A stretch of DNA of 64,000 bases from the human T2T-CHM13v2.0 reference genome, Homo sapiens (GCF_009914755.1 NC_060933.1); one strand, 5' to 3'; numbered from the stretch's first letter, positions 16,211-60,655 are shown. The notes: generated from the letters alone by a model not told the origin. Made by a program: numbers and translations.

Positions 16211-18244
16211 CTAGAGCAAAGTGCTGGGAAGATTGCTGCTCTGCCAGCGCAGGCAGGTAGTCTTTGAGTGCTTATACAGGTGGCTGGACTGACTAAACCT
16301 CTTGCCACACTTCAGGCAGGCGTAAGGCTTTTCACCTGTGTGAACACGGATGTGCTTCTTGCAATCTGTCAAAGTCAGAAAAGTTTTGCAGCAGATTTTG
16401 CAGGCATACTTGCGAGCTCCCTCTACAACCAAAACATTGTGCTCTGATAAGGCCTTCTTGCACTTTGACAGAACATCTGCAGATGCCCTGGTCAACTGTG
16501 GAGGGCCAGGCTGGGAAGGATGGCCATTTTCAAATGAGGACGTAGCTCCATTCATCATTAGCTGAGAACTGGTAGAGTTTTCTGGGATCTGTGAGCTCCT
16601 GACGGAAGTTACAACTGGCATTTTGGGAGCTATGCGGCGGTAGTAAGGAAAGTTACTGGCTCCTCCCCTTGGGGAACCTATCATTACCCTGGAGAAGGAG
16701 GAGTGGAGGCCCAAACCAGACCTGGAAAAGTCCATCCCAAACTGTTCTCCTCCTTGGTAGCCTGAAGTCTGCACACACGGCAGGCCCATCACCTCCTGCA
16801 TAGGCCTGACGAAGTGGGAGTCTGCAGGTTCACTAAATGGGTTCTCTACATGGGAGCCAGGGGCAGAGGAGGGCCCACCTGCAGGCCCAGCCTCTGGACT
16901 CAACAAATAGGGGGCCTCACTCTCCAGCCTGCAGTCACTAGTGGTGTTTGGAATATTATCATCATTGTTCTGATTTGCAGTAAAGTTATTTCCTCTGCTC
17001 TTGTTAAGAAAATTCGAAATACTAAAAGTGGACTTATGCTCTAGGTTATTTGTGACTTCCAAAATATGGATATCACCTACCCTGTCTGTGCTAGACTGGG
17101 GATCTGAAAAACTCCGATCACTGCTTTCAGGGCTGAGGTCTATCTTCTCGGCACTGACCACAACTCCTTCCACTTCCACAGACTCGCTGCCTTCTGCTTG
17201 TGAGGTCACATCGCTCACTTCATCCTGAGGCTCAGGTGAGCTCAGGGGCTCAGATTTAACCACCACTCTCATGTGCTCCTTCTCACCAAGGCCAACCTCA
17301 GGGTTTTCACACTGAAAACTACTTTTCTCAGGTGCAGCTTCCTGATCAAAACTAGTCTCAACCTGAGTTGCACGAGAGGCCATGGACAACTGTGCCATGT
17401 TGCCAGCACTGTTATCAGACTGGCTGGGCACCTGGGCATCTTCTTGAGTGCCAAAAGACTGATCAAACATGATCGCACTATCTTCCTGGTTATCAGTCAT
17501 TCCGTCAGCTTTAGGATTATCCACAATTTTCAGAGAATCTGGTGAAAAGAACTCCTCCCGAGAATGAACCCCTGAAGGCCCATTCTCCGGTGTAACATCT
17601 GAAATGGCAGACTCATCTATGGAGGGTCGGAGGCGCTGCCTGGCCCGCTCCTCTGCAGACTGCTTGCGCTTATGAAGGCGTCTCATGGGGAAGGGCGTGC
17701 GCTGATCCAGGTTACTGCGCATGGAAGAGCTCATGGGGGCTGGCTGCTCCTCGCCATTCTGGCTGGAATTGAGGGCTGAGCTCACGATGCTTAGTCCCAG
17801 CTGCTGTAGCATAAAGGAGCGCTGCATGCGGGCGCTCTGCTCCTGAACGCGCTCACTGGGGGGAGACATGGGCAGCGTCCTTGTCGTTAAGTAATGTTTA
17901 CATGCCTTAACAACAGAGTTCAAATGCAGGTGAGAGGCTGCCAATAAGACATCCATTACATTGCTCTCCCCCAGCATGAGGGTGGAGGTATACATCATGT
18001 CAATCAGTGCAGCAAAGGCCTCTGCTGTCACCACCTCGCTATCCAGCTGGATCATGTTCATGGTCTGATCTCCTTCTGCCACTGAGAACAGGGCTCGGAA
18101 ATGCGTGCTGCATGCTGCCAGCACGGAGCGGTGGGCTTTAAAGTGTCTATTCCCCACTACAATGACACAATCACAGAGCTGGCCATGAAGTCTCTGGTAG
18201 TTCAGCTGCTGGAAGATTTGTTCAAAGTGACCAGGAAAATCCAT
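16211..18244 (-). CDS. ZBTB5: ZBTB5, BTB/POZ + 2 C-terminal zinc fingers, 677 aa, single coding exon
   Basis: MDFPGHFEQIFQQLNYQRLHGQLCDCVIVVGNRHFKAHRSVLAACS (BTB) ... YACKICCKTFLTLTDCKKHIRVH-TGEKP-YACLKCGKRFSQSSHLYKHSKTTC. ATG at 18244 in ATCATGG context, 4 nt inside acceptor tttttctgtAG (exon starts 18248); TAG ends at 16211. Confidence 0.98.
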   Translation of the reverse strand: MDFPGHFEQIFQQLNYQRLHGQLCDCVIVVGNRHFKAHRSVLAACSTHFRALFSVAEGDQTMNMIQLDSEVVTAEAFAALIDMMYTSTLMLGESNVMDVLLAASHLHLNSVVKACKHYLTTRTLPMSPPSERVQEQSARMQRSFMLQQLGLSIVSSALNSSQNGEEQPAPMSSSMRSNLDQRTPFPMRRLHKRKQSAEERARQRLRPSIDESAISDVTPENGPSGVHSREEFFSPDSLKIVDNPKADGMTDNQEDSAIMFDQSFGTQEDAQVPSQSDNSAGNMAQLSMASRATQVETSFDQEAAPEKSSFQCENPEVGLGEKEHMRVVVKSEPLSSPEPQDEVSDVTSQAEGSESVEVEGVVVSAEKIDLSPESSDRSFSDPQSSTDRVGDIHILEVTNNLEHKSTFSISNFLNKSRGNNFTANQNNDDNIPNTTSDCRLESEAPYLLSPEAGPAGGPSSAPGSHVENPFSEPADSHFVRPMQEVMGLPCVQTSGYQGGEQFGMDFSRSGLGLHSSFSRVMIGSPRGGASNFPYYRRIAPKMPVVTSVRSSQIPENSTSSQLMMNGATSSFENGHPSQPGPPQLTRASADVLSKCKKALSEHNVLVVEGARKYACKICCKTFLTLTDCKKHIRVHTGEKPYACLKCGKRFSQSSHLYKHSKTTCLRWQSSNLPSTLL

Positions 18245-18761
18245 GATCCTACAGAAAAACAAAGAAAGAAAATGTTAAGACCTAGAAAAGCTTCAAAGTC
18301 AGAACACAAAGGGTATGATGAAAAGAGTGGAATGGATGGCCAAGCTTGGACCTTTGAAGCCCGTGATATCTCTGATAATGGGCACATACACTAAGAGCTT
18401 GTCATATAAGAAGCAAATGGCAATTCAGCCATCAGCCCAGGAGGCATGCACACATGTGGGCCTAGCTACCGACAGGCTCCCCTTTACTCTTCATATGAGC
18501 CATGTATAACACTAAGGGTCTAAATTAGTAAAGACCAGTGTGTGAGTGATGGCATATCTATCCCACAGAAGTTTGTTAGAATTCTGCATTCCCTAAGGAT
18601 GAGGAATGAATACCAAGAAATTCCAAAGTCTTAGGAACCCTAAATAAGTGAAAAGGGCAAATCAATATTAGTGTGGAAGATTTCCAGTTATAGATGGTAG
18701 CAGATTGCACACACGCATTTGCCCCGTGCTTTTTCCTGAAACCCCACTAAAATGACACGAA

Positions 18762-21815
<3,054 letters not shown>

Positions 21816-22735
21816 AAAAATGTATACACATATATTTATAAAATTAAATTTAAAAAAGGTAGATCTATGATATTCTAAAGGGATATACCTGAGATCTTTG
21901 CAAATCTCCAAAATTCACAAATACCATCATGGCATTTCATAAGAAGGCAGCATGGGTGCCAAGTGGCTCCCCAGGCCCAACCACTTGCTCTGATGTCCCA
22001 GCCATACAGCCTTACAGGCCAAAGTTGGTCAGGATCCTGGGAAATAACTGAAATGGCAAACTAAGTCCACAAAATTCAAGGGTCTACTGTGGCGACTGAG
22101 ACTATTATGCTATTCAGCTATACTTGGAAAGTTAACTATCGGAAAAGCAAATGCCTCAAAGCAGCAGACACATGTTGGCCATATTGTTTTGCCTATGTTT
22201 GTTGAGCTTTGATGAACTTTCAACAACAAAATAGATCACACATACTTTCCCACTGAGGTGTCTGTTCTTTGCTATCATGTATGAGAGATCAGATCTCCAA
22301 AGATGCAGCCACTGCCACATCCCTTCTTGCTTTACCAAGCTTTCCGGCAGAAAGCAGAGAGCCAGCAGTGGCAGGCAGCAGCACACACATCCCGGGTCCC
22401 CACCCGACTCACTCAGGGCCCACAGAGCTTAAGGCTTTGGGGAGATTAAACAAAATGCAATTACTGCTCATTAAGTCTATAGCCCTGCCTTAGAAAGTAC
22501 ACTCATATATGAATAAGTGCCAAGTTCCAGAGGGGTAATTATTTTGTAGCAGTAACAGGGAAGAAACATTCTGGTTTGAGGAATAAAATAAACAGGGAAT
22601 TGTGGTGGGAAGTTGTACAAGACTCAGAGTTGCTCTTCTAAGCGACCATGGAAGCTTGGGCTCAACAGGCAAAAACAAGGAACACTAGACACTCAGCGTT
22701 ACTGCTTTCTCTCCTACAGTGGGGAATAGACCCAG

Positions 22736-23083
22736 TGTATTAGTCTGTTTTCAACTGCTATAAAGAAATACCCAAGACTGGGTGATTTATAAAGGAAAGA
22801 GGTTTAATTGACTCACAGTTCTGCATGGCTAAGGTGGCCTCGGGAAACTTACAATCATGGTGGAAGGCAAAGGGAAAGCAAGGACCTTCTTCACATGGTG
22901 GCAGAAGAGTGTGAGTGTGTGAAGGAGAAACTGTCACTTATAAAACCACCAGATGTTGTGAGAACTCACTATCAGGAGAACAGCATGGGGGAAACCACCC
23001 CCAGGATCCAATCACCTCCTTCCCTTCATGTGGGGATTCAATTTGAGATGAGATTTGGGTTGGGACAGAGCCAAGCCATATCA
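22736..23083 (-). mobile_element. MaLR solo LTR (THE1/MSTA-type) with perfect 5-bp TSD CCCAG
   Basis: Minus strand begins TGATATGGCTTGGCTCTGTCCCAACCCAAATCTCATC; TG...CA ends; CCCAG at 22731 and 23084. Confidence 0.9.
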
Positions 23084-23165
23084 CCCAGCATTGTAGTAAC
23101 AGTCTCACTGGTGACAGTAACAGAGGTAATGGTAGTGGTAATAAAATATATATTTTTTACTGTGC

Positions 23166-27270
<4,105 letters not shown>

Positions 27271-27409
27271 ACAGACGTGCACTTAGCAAATTTACATATA
27301 CACTTTTGGTAAGATGATAAATGTATAAAGAAAGCCTGAATAGACTATAACGACACACATACAATTAGAAAAAACTGTCATTATCACCCCCTAAAAAGCT
27401 TTTTATCCT

Positions 27410-27941
27410 TAAAAGAGTTTTTAAGGATAATTTGGTGGGTAGGGGGCCAGTGAGTTAGGAGTGCTGATTGGTTGGCTTAGGGATGAAATCTAGGGAGTCG
27501 AAGTTGTCCTCTTATGCTGAGTCAGTTCCTGGGTGGGGAATACAGAACTGGTTGGCAGGTCCAGGTGGGGCCATCCAGTTGTCAGAAATGCAAAAGCCTG
27601 AAAAGACATCTCAAAAGGCCGATCTGAGGTTCACAATAGTGATGTTACCTTCAAGAGTAATTGGGGAAGTTGCAACTCTTATGACCTACCTAATGATGGC
27701 TGGTAATATTTAGAATCCCAACCCCTCTCATTCTAACTTGGTGGCTGGTGGCCTTTCATTTGTTTTACAAGAACAGTTTAGCTTTAAACTGTAAACAAAA
27801 TTCCTTCTCAAGGCTAGTTTGGCCTACGCACAGGAATGAACAAGAACAGTTTAGAGGTTAGAAGCAAGATGGGGTCGGTTAGGTCTGATATCTTTCGCTG
27901 TCATTAATTTTCTCAGTTGTGATTTTGCAAAGGCAGTTTCA
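27410..27941 (-). mobile_element. ERV1 LTR fragment (LTR8/LTR26-like)
   Basis: Minus strand starts TGAAACTGCCTTTGCAAAATCACAACTGAG. Confidence 0.7.
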
Positions 27942-28894
27942 ATTGCACTGACTGAATTTTAAGATAAGCTATTTAAAATATCTAGTAACAGAAGCATAAC
28001 TCACAGTAAAAATGGGGTCATGAGTTAAACCAAATGCAGCATGAGTTAAACCAAATACTAGCATCATTTTTGATATATGTTTTGGCCATCCCCAAAACCC
28101 AGAAGTCAATATTCCAAGAATTAGTTGGAAATAGCAGTGTATATCACTACTAATATGAAGCTCAAAAGTGATTCCAAAGACTATGAATACAAAGGAGGCT
28201 TAGATTCATACTGTTTTAATTAGGGTTCCCCAGAGGCAAATCATAAGAGAAAGATTCAAGTGCAAGTGATTTATCAAGAAGTTCCCAGGAGAAAATGGGA
28301 GTAAGGAGCAGGAGAAGGAAGCAGCAGCCAAGTAAAGGTATAATATGGGGCAAAATCCCAGCCTTAGTGTGTTCTAGCAGGGGTGCTCTGGAGTATAAAC
28401 AATGCCTCTGAGTTTGAGCCACCTCAAGGCAAAGGTGCTGGTCTTTCATAGCCCTGCAGTCACTCAGTCAATGACTAAAAGCCTCCCTAGGGCAATGTAA
28501 ACTGCCAGGCACTTCTGGTTCTCTGGGCCCATGCACAAAGTGATGCCAGTCACCCAAAGACAGTCCTCAAGAGTCACAGATGCAAGCTGTTAAGCACACA
28601 ATAGCTATAGGATGGGTGCACAGAACCGGTAATAGGGATCAAGGGGATCTGGTCAGAGCTACACAGTATCTGCTACACACCTGGTGATACTAAAAAATAA
28701 AGTAACATGTAACCATATGGATAAACAGATGCTACTGTCTATTAGTAAGGAATATTCTTGTATATTTACATCATATAGGTTGCACTCTCAATCCCCTACC
28801 CCTGTCCCATAACCATTAGGTGAACAAGAAATCTCTATTCCTTCATTGGATTCTAAGATGCCACATGTCTGTCTGTCTGTCTCTCTCTCTCTTT

Positions 28895-33226
<4,332 letters not shown>

Positions 33227-33989
33227 TAATGTTTTAAAGTGCTTACTTGTTCAAGGTTAAGCGCTGTGGAGCATAGATTTGTATGGGACAGTACTAACTG
33301 TCACAGGTATTTAGTGGAAATAAGATATACATGAATAACGATATTACAAAGTGGAAGGCACTAAGTGCCACATAAGAGGTGAAAGAACCTCTCAATGGTT
33401 TGGAGAAGGCAAAGGTTATTTCTAGCTTCATGGTAGCGTTGACAACAGAGCTAGGTCTTGGTTGGATTTGGACAAACCCCTAGACAGAGGTAAAGGTGGA
33501 GAAGGGGTTGAGGTGGGTAAAGCAATGTATTCGATTTGGCTGGAAAATAGTATGGCTAGAAAGGTAGGTATTGGATAGTGACTGCTCATAACTGATGTTA
33601 ATAATTACAAGTCATCAGAAAGGTTAACCATGAGGCACATACTTTTGAACTAAAGGCTATCATCACTTTTGAGATTACTTTCTTAAAAAGTATTTTAGGG
33701 TTTTTTTCTTAAGTTTAAGCAGCACATCAGCCAGAGTCATTGGTTGCAGCAACAAAAATTGATCCTAAACATAAAAGTAATTTACTGAAAGGCTATTAGT
33801 TTGATCATGGAATTGATGGGAAGGCTGGATACGTAAGATTGAACTGGGAAGAAATTAAGCTAGGCAGCAGGAACAATCAGGTCAGAATGCCAAACATCTG
33901 TGCTGAACACAGCTACTACTAACCAAATGCTCACTCCAATGGAGACCCAGCCTCCCCTTCCCTACATCTGTTATTAAGTCTCAACTCTT

Positions 33990-34858
33990 GAGTACCTGTT
34001 TTCAATATGTGTGATAAAATGGGAAGTACACCTGAAGTTTTCCTCCTGCATTCTGAAATACAAGTTGCCTCAAGAAAAAGCACTTGTGCAGTTTTTGAGG
34101 TGGCTCAACTAATTGCTTTTCTCATGGGACACTATTTTTACTTGAAAGAACGAATGACAAACTATGGTTATTTAGAAGTATTTACCATTTTCTTGAAAAT
34201 GAATGAAAAAATGAATGAAACAAGCCTGTTATTTTAAATAAGATAACTTAGTACTACTTATTGCCAATAAAAAAGTTTGAGAATTCAGGTGAAAATTAGT
34301 ATTTTGGAAAACTTGTATCTGTCACTGTGAGCTTGACAGCTTCCCACATGCTCAAATTCTTCTGACAGATCATTGGTGATATTAATGAAATGTGATTTTT
34401 TTACATTGTATAATAAATGAGTCAACGTTTGGAAGATCTGCATAACTCTGAAATCAGTATTTTCCAAATGACCATGTAGCCATGTAACAATAATGCTATA
34501 AAACAAGGTATGGGTAAAAATTCATTCAAGGTACAAAACATAAGCTAATGTATTTTAATGCAACAGAATATGAAAAGTTCATTGACATAATTTCAGATTC
34601 CACATTGCACTAATCACTTAAGAAAATACCACTTGTGGAGTTTTGGTACAGTATCAGAGTAAGAATATCCAAAATTATCTGAAAAATCTACTGAAATAAT
34701 CCTCCCTTTCCAACTACATATTTGTGTGATGCTGGAGTTTTTTGGTATATTTTAATCAAAATAGTGTATCACGGCAAAATGAATGCAGAAGCATTTAATG
34801 GAATCCAGCTGTCTTCTATTAAACTACATATTAAAGAGATTTACAAAAAATGTAAAAC
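33990..34858. mobile_element. hAT-Charlie (Charlie1-like) DNA transposon fragment
   Basis: Degraded Charlie1-like text (gataaaatgggaagtacac...cttgaaagaacgaatgacaaactatggttatttaga), recognised from recall. Confidence 0.6.
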
Positions 34859-34859
34859 A

Positions 34860-37820
<2,961 letters not shown>

Positions 37821-37987
37821 AAATTCTATTAATTTTACCAAATTTCATTAAATCTAAGATGTCTGTGATTATAAAATGCATTATTTCATGTAACACTAGG
37901 AAAAAAACTGCCAATTAAGCTATGGCATAATGCTTACTTATGGTATCCTGTCTTCAAGGAAGGAAAACTGTCTGCCAATGACTACTA

Positions 37988-38765
37988 TGATAGAGGCAGG
38001 AGACAGACAAATGCCTAGGCAGACAGGGGCACATCCCCAGTGAAACCCCACCTCCAAGCCGAAGACAGTTTAAAAGCTTGAAAGCCAAGCTACAAGTCAA
38101 ATCCACGGACCAGATTGAGAACCTGTGTTCCCATTTGGCATGCTTTCCTCTGACTGATCCCCACCCTTCACCTATTTTACATATATCTACCCCTTTCCTA
38201 ATTGGTTTTCTACACTGTCGTGCCCACCTTTGAGTGGTGTCTTTGCTTTAACCGTTTTTTTTTTTTTTTTTTGAGACAGGGTCTCACTCTGTCTCCAAGA
38301 CTCCAAGTGTGCAGTGGCATGCTCTCAGCTCAATGCAACTTCTGCCTCCCAGGCTCAAGCGATTCTTCCGCCTCGGCCTCCTGAGTAGCTGGGATTACAG
38401 GCGCACGTCACCATGCCGGGTTAATTTTTGTATTTTTAGTAGAGACAGGGTTTCACCATGTTGGCCAGATTGGTCTTGAACTCCTGAGCTCAGGCAATCT
38501 GCCCGCCTCAGCCTCCCCAATTGCAGTAATTACAGGCGTGAGCCACCACACCCGGCCTTCCCTTTAAACTTTTTGCATCAGAAACCAATCAGCACACACT
38601 CCCCATTCTGAGTCCCTAAGAAGCCCCGGAACCAGCCACACTGGGAAAGAGACCACCCCCTGCATGCCCTCTTCTCTGAGAGCTGTTCCATCACTCAATA
38701 AAATTCTTCTCTGCCCTCCTCACCCTTCGAATTGTCAGAGTAACCTAATCTGTTTGGGATGTCAA
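37988..38765 (+). mobile_element. ERV1-class LTR interrupted by a minus-strand Alu (38255-38557)
   Basis: TGATAGAGGCAGGAG... start; CCAATC and AATAAA (~38697) downstream of the Alu. Confidence 0.7.
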
Positions 38766-40908
38766 GATAAATCAAAGCTTTTAGGAAATACATGTATAAC
38801 TAATAAAATGAAAGGCACCTCTAAAACTGGATCTTGAAATTAAAAGCTACTATTCAGTGGTGAAAATGATGAGAACATATGCAAAGAGCAATAGTTCACT
38901 CAGAAACAGCTGGTCTTTTAGGAGATGAGAAGTTCACTTCATACTTAGACAAAAGGCATAGTGTAGTGCTACATTCCATCCCACCTGCTACACTAACAAA
39001 ACTGGCTCTACTAGACAACATCCATATTTGAGAAATATTACGTACAGTAAAAGAAAAATCACACGCTTAAAACTGACAGAGGGGGAAAGTATTTAAAATT
39101 AATTTACATTAAAAAAAAAGTTGAAAGCTAACATAGAATCAATACCTTGGGTTCTTTTTTCCATTTCCAAAACGAATGTGAGCCAGATTCAAGATTCTCT
39201 GTCAGCACTACACCAGGTTTTGTCAATTTCACTGAACACAAGATATTTTAAAGTCTCCAATTCGATATAATTCATGCTGAGTTCTTTAAGTACTATTTGA
39301 TATCCCAGTGATTTTTTATTACTTCCACTTTGGGGACAGTCTTGTGAGTCTCTTTTGAGAGCGTTCGCTCCTAAGTCTGTAAGATGCCTTTCCTCCAAAT
39401 CTTACCATTTTCAGAATTCTGCTAGAGACATATCAATTAACCAAAATCCAGCTTGCCAGCATCCTCAGCTAACTAAAAGTTATGTTTTGACACAACTTTT
39501 AGGGAAAAGGGGCAAATCTCTAGTAAACGAGTTGACTTCAGGACTCTTCAAAAAAAGAGTCTGTTTATTCAGCAAAACCCAAGGGCCCAAAACAGGTCCC
39601 CACCCAAGTAGTCTTACCTGTAAGGTCACCAAGCTGGCTGTGGTGGCCAGGTCAATCTTCCCAAATTTGATGAGATTTCCATAAGGGTTAAAAGGAAGAG
39701 TGAACGGTTTCCTTTGGCTTAGGGGCTTTTCTCTAAAATTCCTTGTCTTCTTCCCATCTGGACTTTTCCCTCTGAACTATTAGCTTACTGCCAACCACCG
39801 TCCCCACAGAAATCACAAGAGTTTAGGCAAATGAAAAGCAAGTTCTGCCCAGCCTTTTACATCTAAGCACAACAGCCCATACTAGGACAACAAATTACCA
39901 ATGACTTAATGACTAAGGCACAGCATTCTCTTCAACCTCTAAAGAAAAGCCCGTAATGTCCTCTACTTAATACAAGTGAAAAATATGAGAACATGTTTTG
40001 GAATATTTTTGCTTCAATTTTTGAAGGTGAAGAGTTCCTTCTATTAATTCAAGTTAACTAGAGTCAGAAGATACTACTTAGTAATCAACTTTACTGTGCT
40101 TTCACCTAAAATTTTTCCTCCAAATTATTTAGGATTTGCCTTCTGTTCAGAAAATTAGTTTCCACAATATCCTTCACTATGCCAGAATGCTGACTGACTT
40201 AAAAAAAAATGACCATTATGAAAGGAAAAAACTAACCTTCAACACCCCTTAATTCACTGCCTTTTATTATTTACATACAAATCTGTCCTCCAAACAGGAG
40301 AAGATGGGACGGCAGTGTCTTACCACCGCATCCCCCACAGCTCCTCGCACGAAGCCTGGGAGTAGTGGGCATTCAATAAATGCCTATTAAACACTTCAGT
40401 CCTCTCATAACAAGTTGGGGCATTCCGAAACACTGGCTCCACCCCTCCAGGGTCGGCCGCTGGCTCCCGATGGCAGTCTGCCTATGGCCTTGCTCTGGTG
40501 AAATGAAACCTCGTCGCTCAAGACCCAGGATGGGGGCAAGGGAGCCGTCCGACCACATCCCGCAGGGCAGCAGATCCTCTCTTCATCCCGCCAGGCCGCT
40601 GGTCCTGAGGCCTTTCCCACCCCATTCGGGAACCTACGTCGCCAGCCGGGGATCCACAGGAGTACCAGCCCCCGCCCCACCCCGCAGACAGCCTGGCGTC
40701 GGGACACCGGGGACGCCTGCGCAGAAGAACCCGCCTGGCCCCTTGGCTCCAACGGTAACAATGCTCCCCTCCGAAAGACAGCCAGAGTAGTCCGAGGGCA
40801 CCAGTACACGTCTGCGCGCTCCCCGACGCCTTGGCGCGCCCCTGGTGCTCAACCTTCCCCACGTGAGCGCGCCCGCCATCACGATACTCGCTGACGGGGT
40901 CTCCTCAC

Positions 40909-41140
40909 CTGAGTCGGGCTCCGCCCCCCTCCTCCTCGCTGAAGGAGGCGGTGACCCCTCTCCGATCGGACTCGGCAGTGTCAGAGGAGGTGGGAACGTC
41001 CTGACCAGCGTCTCCGTTACGGGACTTCCTCCCCCTTCCTCCCGCCCCCCCTCCCACCCCGCCTCTAGTCCCCTAGCTCCTCCAGCCAGTTCGCCGCAGC
41101 ACTCTGAGAACACGGCGGCGGCGCCCGAGGATAAGCGGAA
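40909..41140 (-). other. ZBTB5: ZBTB5 non-coding exon 1 (5'UTR); TSS position approximate
   Basis: Consensus minus-strand donor CAG|GTGAGG at 40909/40908 inside a CpG island. No upstream AUG; promoter motifs lie directly upstream. Confidence 0.75.
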
Positions 41141-41683
41141 GTGACGTAATGCAAGAGCGCCTACTCCGCCCCATTCCGCCTCTCCCAGTTGGGCTGCAAC
41201 CAATCAGCAATGGGAAGGGCGGGGCCGGGGTAGGAGTGCAGCCAGCCGGCGCGCGGAACCTGGAGGAATTTACTTAGCCCCCGGAAAAACTGACCAATCC
41301 ACGGTCCCTGAAGTCTGGTTGTGTTTACTACCGACTGAATCCGTGAGCTCTCTGACCAATCACCCTTTGCCTTACAACATGTAAAACGGTTATCAAATGC
41401 CTTTTAGGGCGGGATTTATCACTAAACTGCTCCAGGTTTGGACTATAGAAATGCGGCTGTTCGCTGCAACCAATCAAAACCCTCTGTGGTTTAGGCTAGC
41501 GGGCTTTCCGCCTAAATCCGCCAATCACAACAACGACTGCGTGATGTCTGAGGGCGCCGGAGAGGCGGGCCCTCAGGGCAGGCCGTACCGCCATTGGCTG
41601 GTTCTGAAGGATTTTTCCACCCTCGTGGTGCCCGGCGCTTTAGTGACCCAGGGCTCTTCTCCGGGGTGAATTCCCTTCGCTGA

Positions 41684-41703
41684 ACACACACACACACACA
41701 CAC
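41684..41703. repeat. (AC)n microsatellite upstream of the ZBTB5 promoter
   Basis: acacacacacacacacacac. Confidence 0.9.
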
Positions 41704-42273
41704 GTAGAGGGCTGGAGATTGAGTTCCCACTTCATAGACGTTGGGAAAGATAAGATTCCAAAAAGCTCTTTAGGTTTAACTAAGCCAAAGTCCAGGGTGA
41801 AAACCGCGAATAAAAAACGCTGTCCATCGGATGGCAGTTAGGTCGGACCCCGCCCCTCGTCCAGTCCGGGTGGCTGCGCGTCTGGAAACGGTGGCGCCCC
41901 AGGAGCCCGGCGCTTGGCCCCGCACTCGGCTGCAGGTCAAATAAGCCTGTAGTCTGCATGCCCAGATTTATAATCACCTGCACTCCCCCCACAAAAAAAT
42001 AGGAAGCGCTAAGCTCTCCCACTCCTGTCCCAAACGTGGAAGGGTCGCGGACTTGTATGGGACGCGGTCTGAAAAAAGCGAGCCCCGGGGCGACGCTCGG
42101 GTTTCCAGGTGCACCCTCGGAGGGAGAACCCGATCCCTGAGCATCGGACACTGGGGCCAGGGAAGAAACCCCCTTTCCTAGGGTGAGGACGGCAGAAGAA
42201 AGCTGCCTTCTCCGGCGCAGCGTGTCTGGGAGCGCTGCGTGGCTCTGGAGACAAAGGCAGGCCCGCGAACTCA

Positions 42274-43663
<1,390 letters not shown>

Positions 43664-43910
43664 TTAATTTTTACTTTAACAGACAGGTGTTGTTACTTTA
43701 ATAGTATTTAGGAAAACCTGGAATTTCAGGTTGCTTAGATTTTCTAATCACTGACAAAATTATTCCTAAAGTAACCTATACATTTCTCGAAAAATGTATC
43801 AATAAGATACTTTCTGAAATTAGACAAATAAGTTCTAAGATTCATAAGGGGAGATAATATTGAAAGAATAGGCAAGACAGTCATGGAAAAAATAAGTTGG
43901 GTATCTACCT

Positions 43911-45335
<1,425 letters not shown>

Positions 45336-45431
45336 ATACCTGACTTTTTACAACAAATTTAATATCAATTTAATCAAATATAATATTTTTAAGCCAAACT
45401 ATAATAGCAAAAGAAGAAAACCTGGAAAGAA

Positions 45432-50155
<4,724 letters not shown>

Positions 50156-50159
50156 TAGA

Positions 50160-52463
<2,304 letters not shown>

Positions 52464-52665
52464 TCAGCAGTATCCACCCTATAGTATGCTTTTTCCATTT
52501 TCTGTGTTCCTCCTAGGAAGTTAGTTCCTGAAGCCAAGGATCGTAGATTTTAATTCTTATATCTTTTGAAATGTCTTGTACAATGTTAGAAGACAGCATG
52601 AGGATTTTAAAACATCTGAAAATTGTTCAGCGATAAATTTGACTGTGTATTAAGAATCCTTTTTA

Positions 52666-56157
<3,492 letters not shown>

Positions 56158-56169
56158 GAATATTTTTAA

Positions 56170-56497
56170 AAGAACAAGATCATGTCCTTTTCAGGGACAT
56201 GGATGAAGCTGGAGGCCATTATCCTTAGCAAACTAACACAGGAACAGAAAATGAAATATTGTTCTCACTTATAAGTGGGAGCTAAATGATGAGAACACAT
56301 GGACACACAGAGGGGAACAACACACACTGGGGCCTATCGAAGGGTGGAGGGTGGGAGGAGAGAGAGGGTCAGGAAAAATAACTAATGGATATTAGGCTTA
56401 ATATGTGGGTGATGAAATAATCTGTACAACAAACCCCCATGAGATGAGTTTACCTATGTAACAAACCTACACATGTACCCCTGAACTTAAAACAAAA
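56170..56497 (+). mobile_element. 5'-truncated L1PA 3' end
   Basis: ACATGGATGAAGCTGGAGGCCATTATCCTTAGCAAACTAACACAGGAACAGAAA...ACATGTACCCCTGAACTTAAAA, typical of a primate L1 3' end. Confidence 0.9.
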
Positions 56498-56564
56498 AAT
56501 AATCTTTTAAAAATGTTCATGTTCAATTCAAATCCTAGAGTTTCATCCAAAATAGCAGGCACAG

Positions 56565-60655
<4,091 letters not shown>

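Noticed and set aside
18245-18262. ORF-track N-terminal extension of ZBTB5 (MFFCRI)
   Set aside because: It lies mostly in the intron's pyrimidine tract and acceptor; the true start is ATG 18244.
39612-39740. Minus-strand donor CAG|GTAAGA suggesting an extra ZBTB5 5'UTR exon
   Set aside because: No convincing matching acceptor could be identified from sequence alone.
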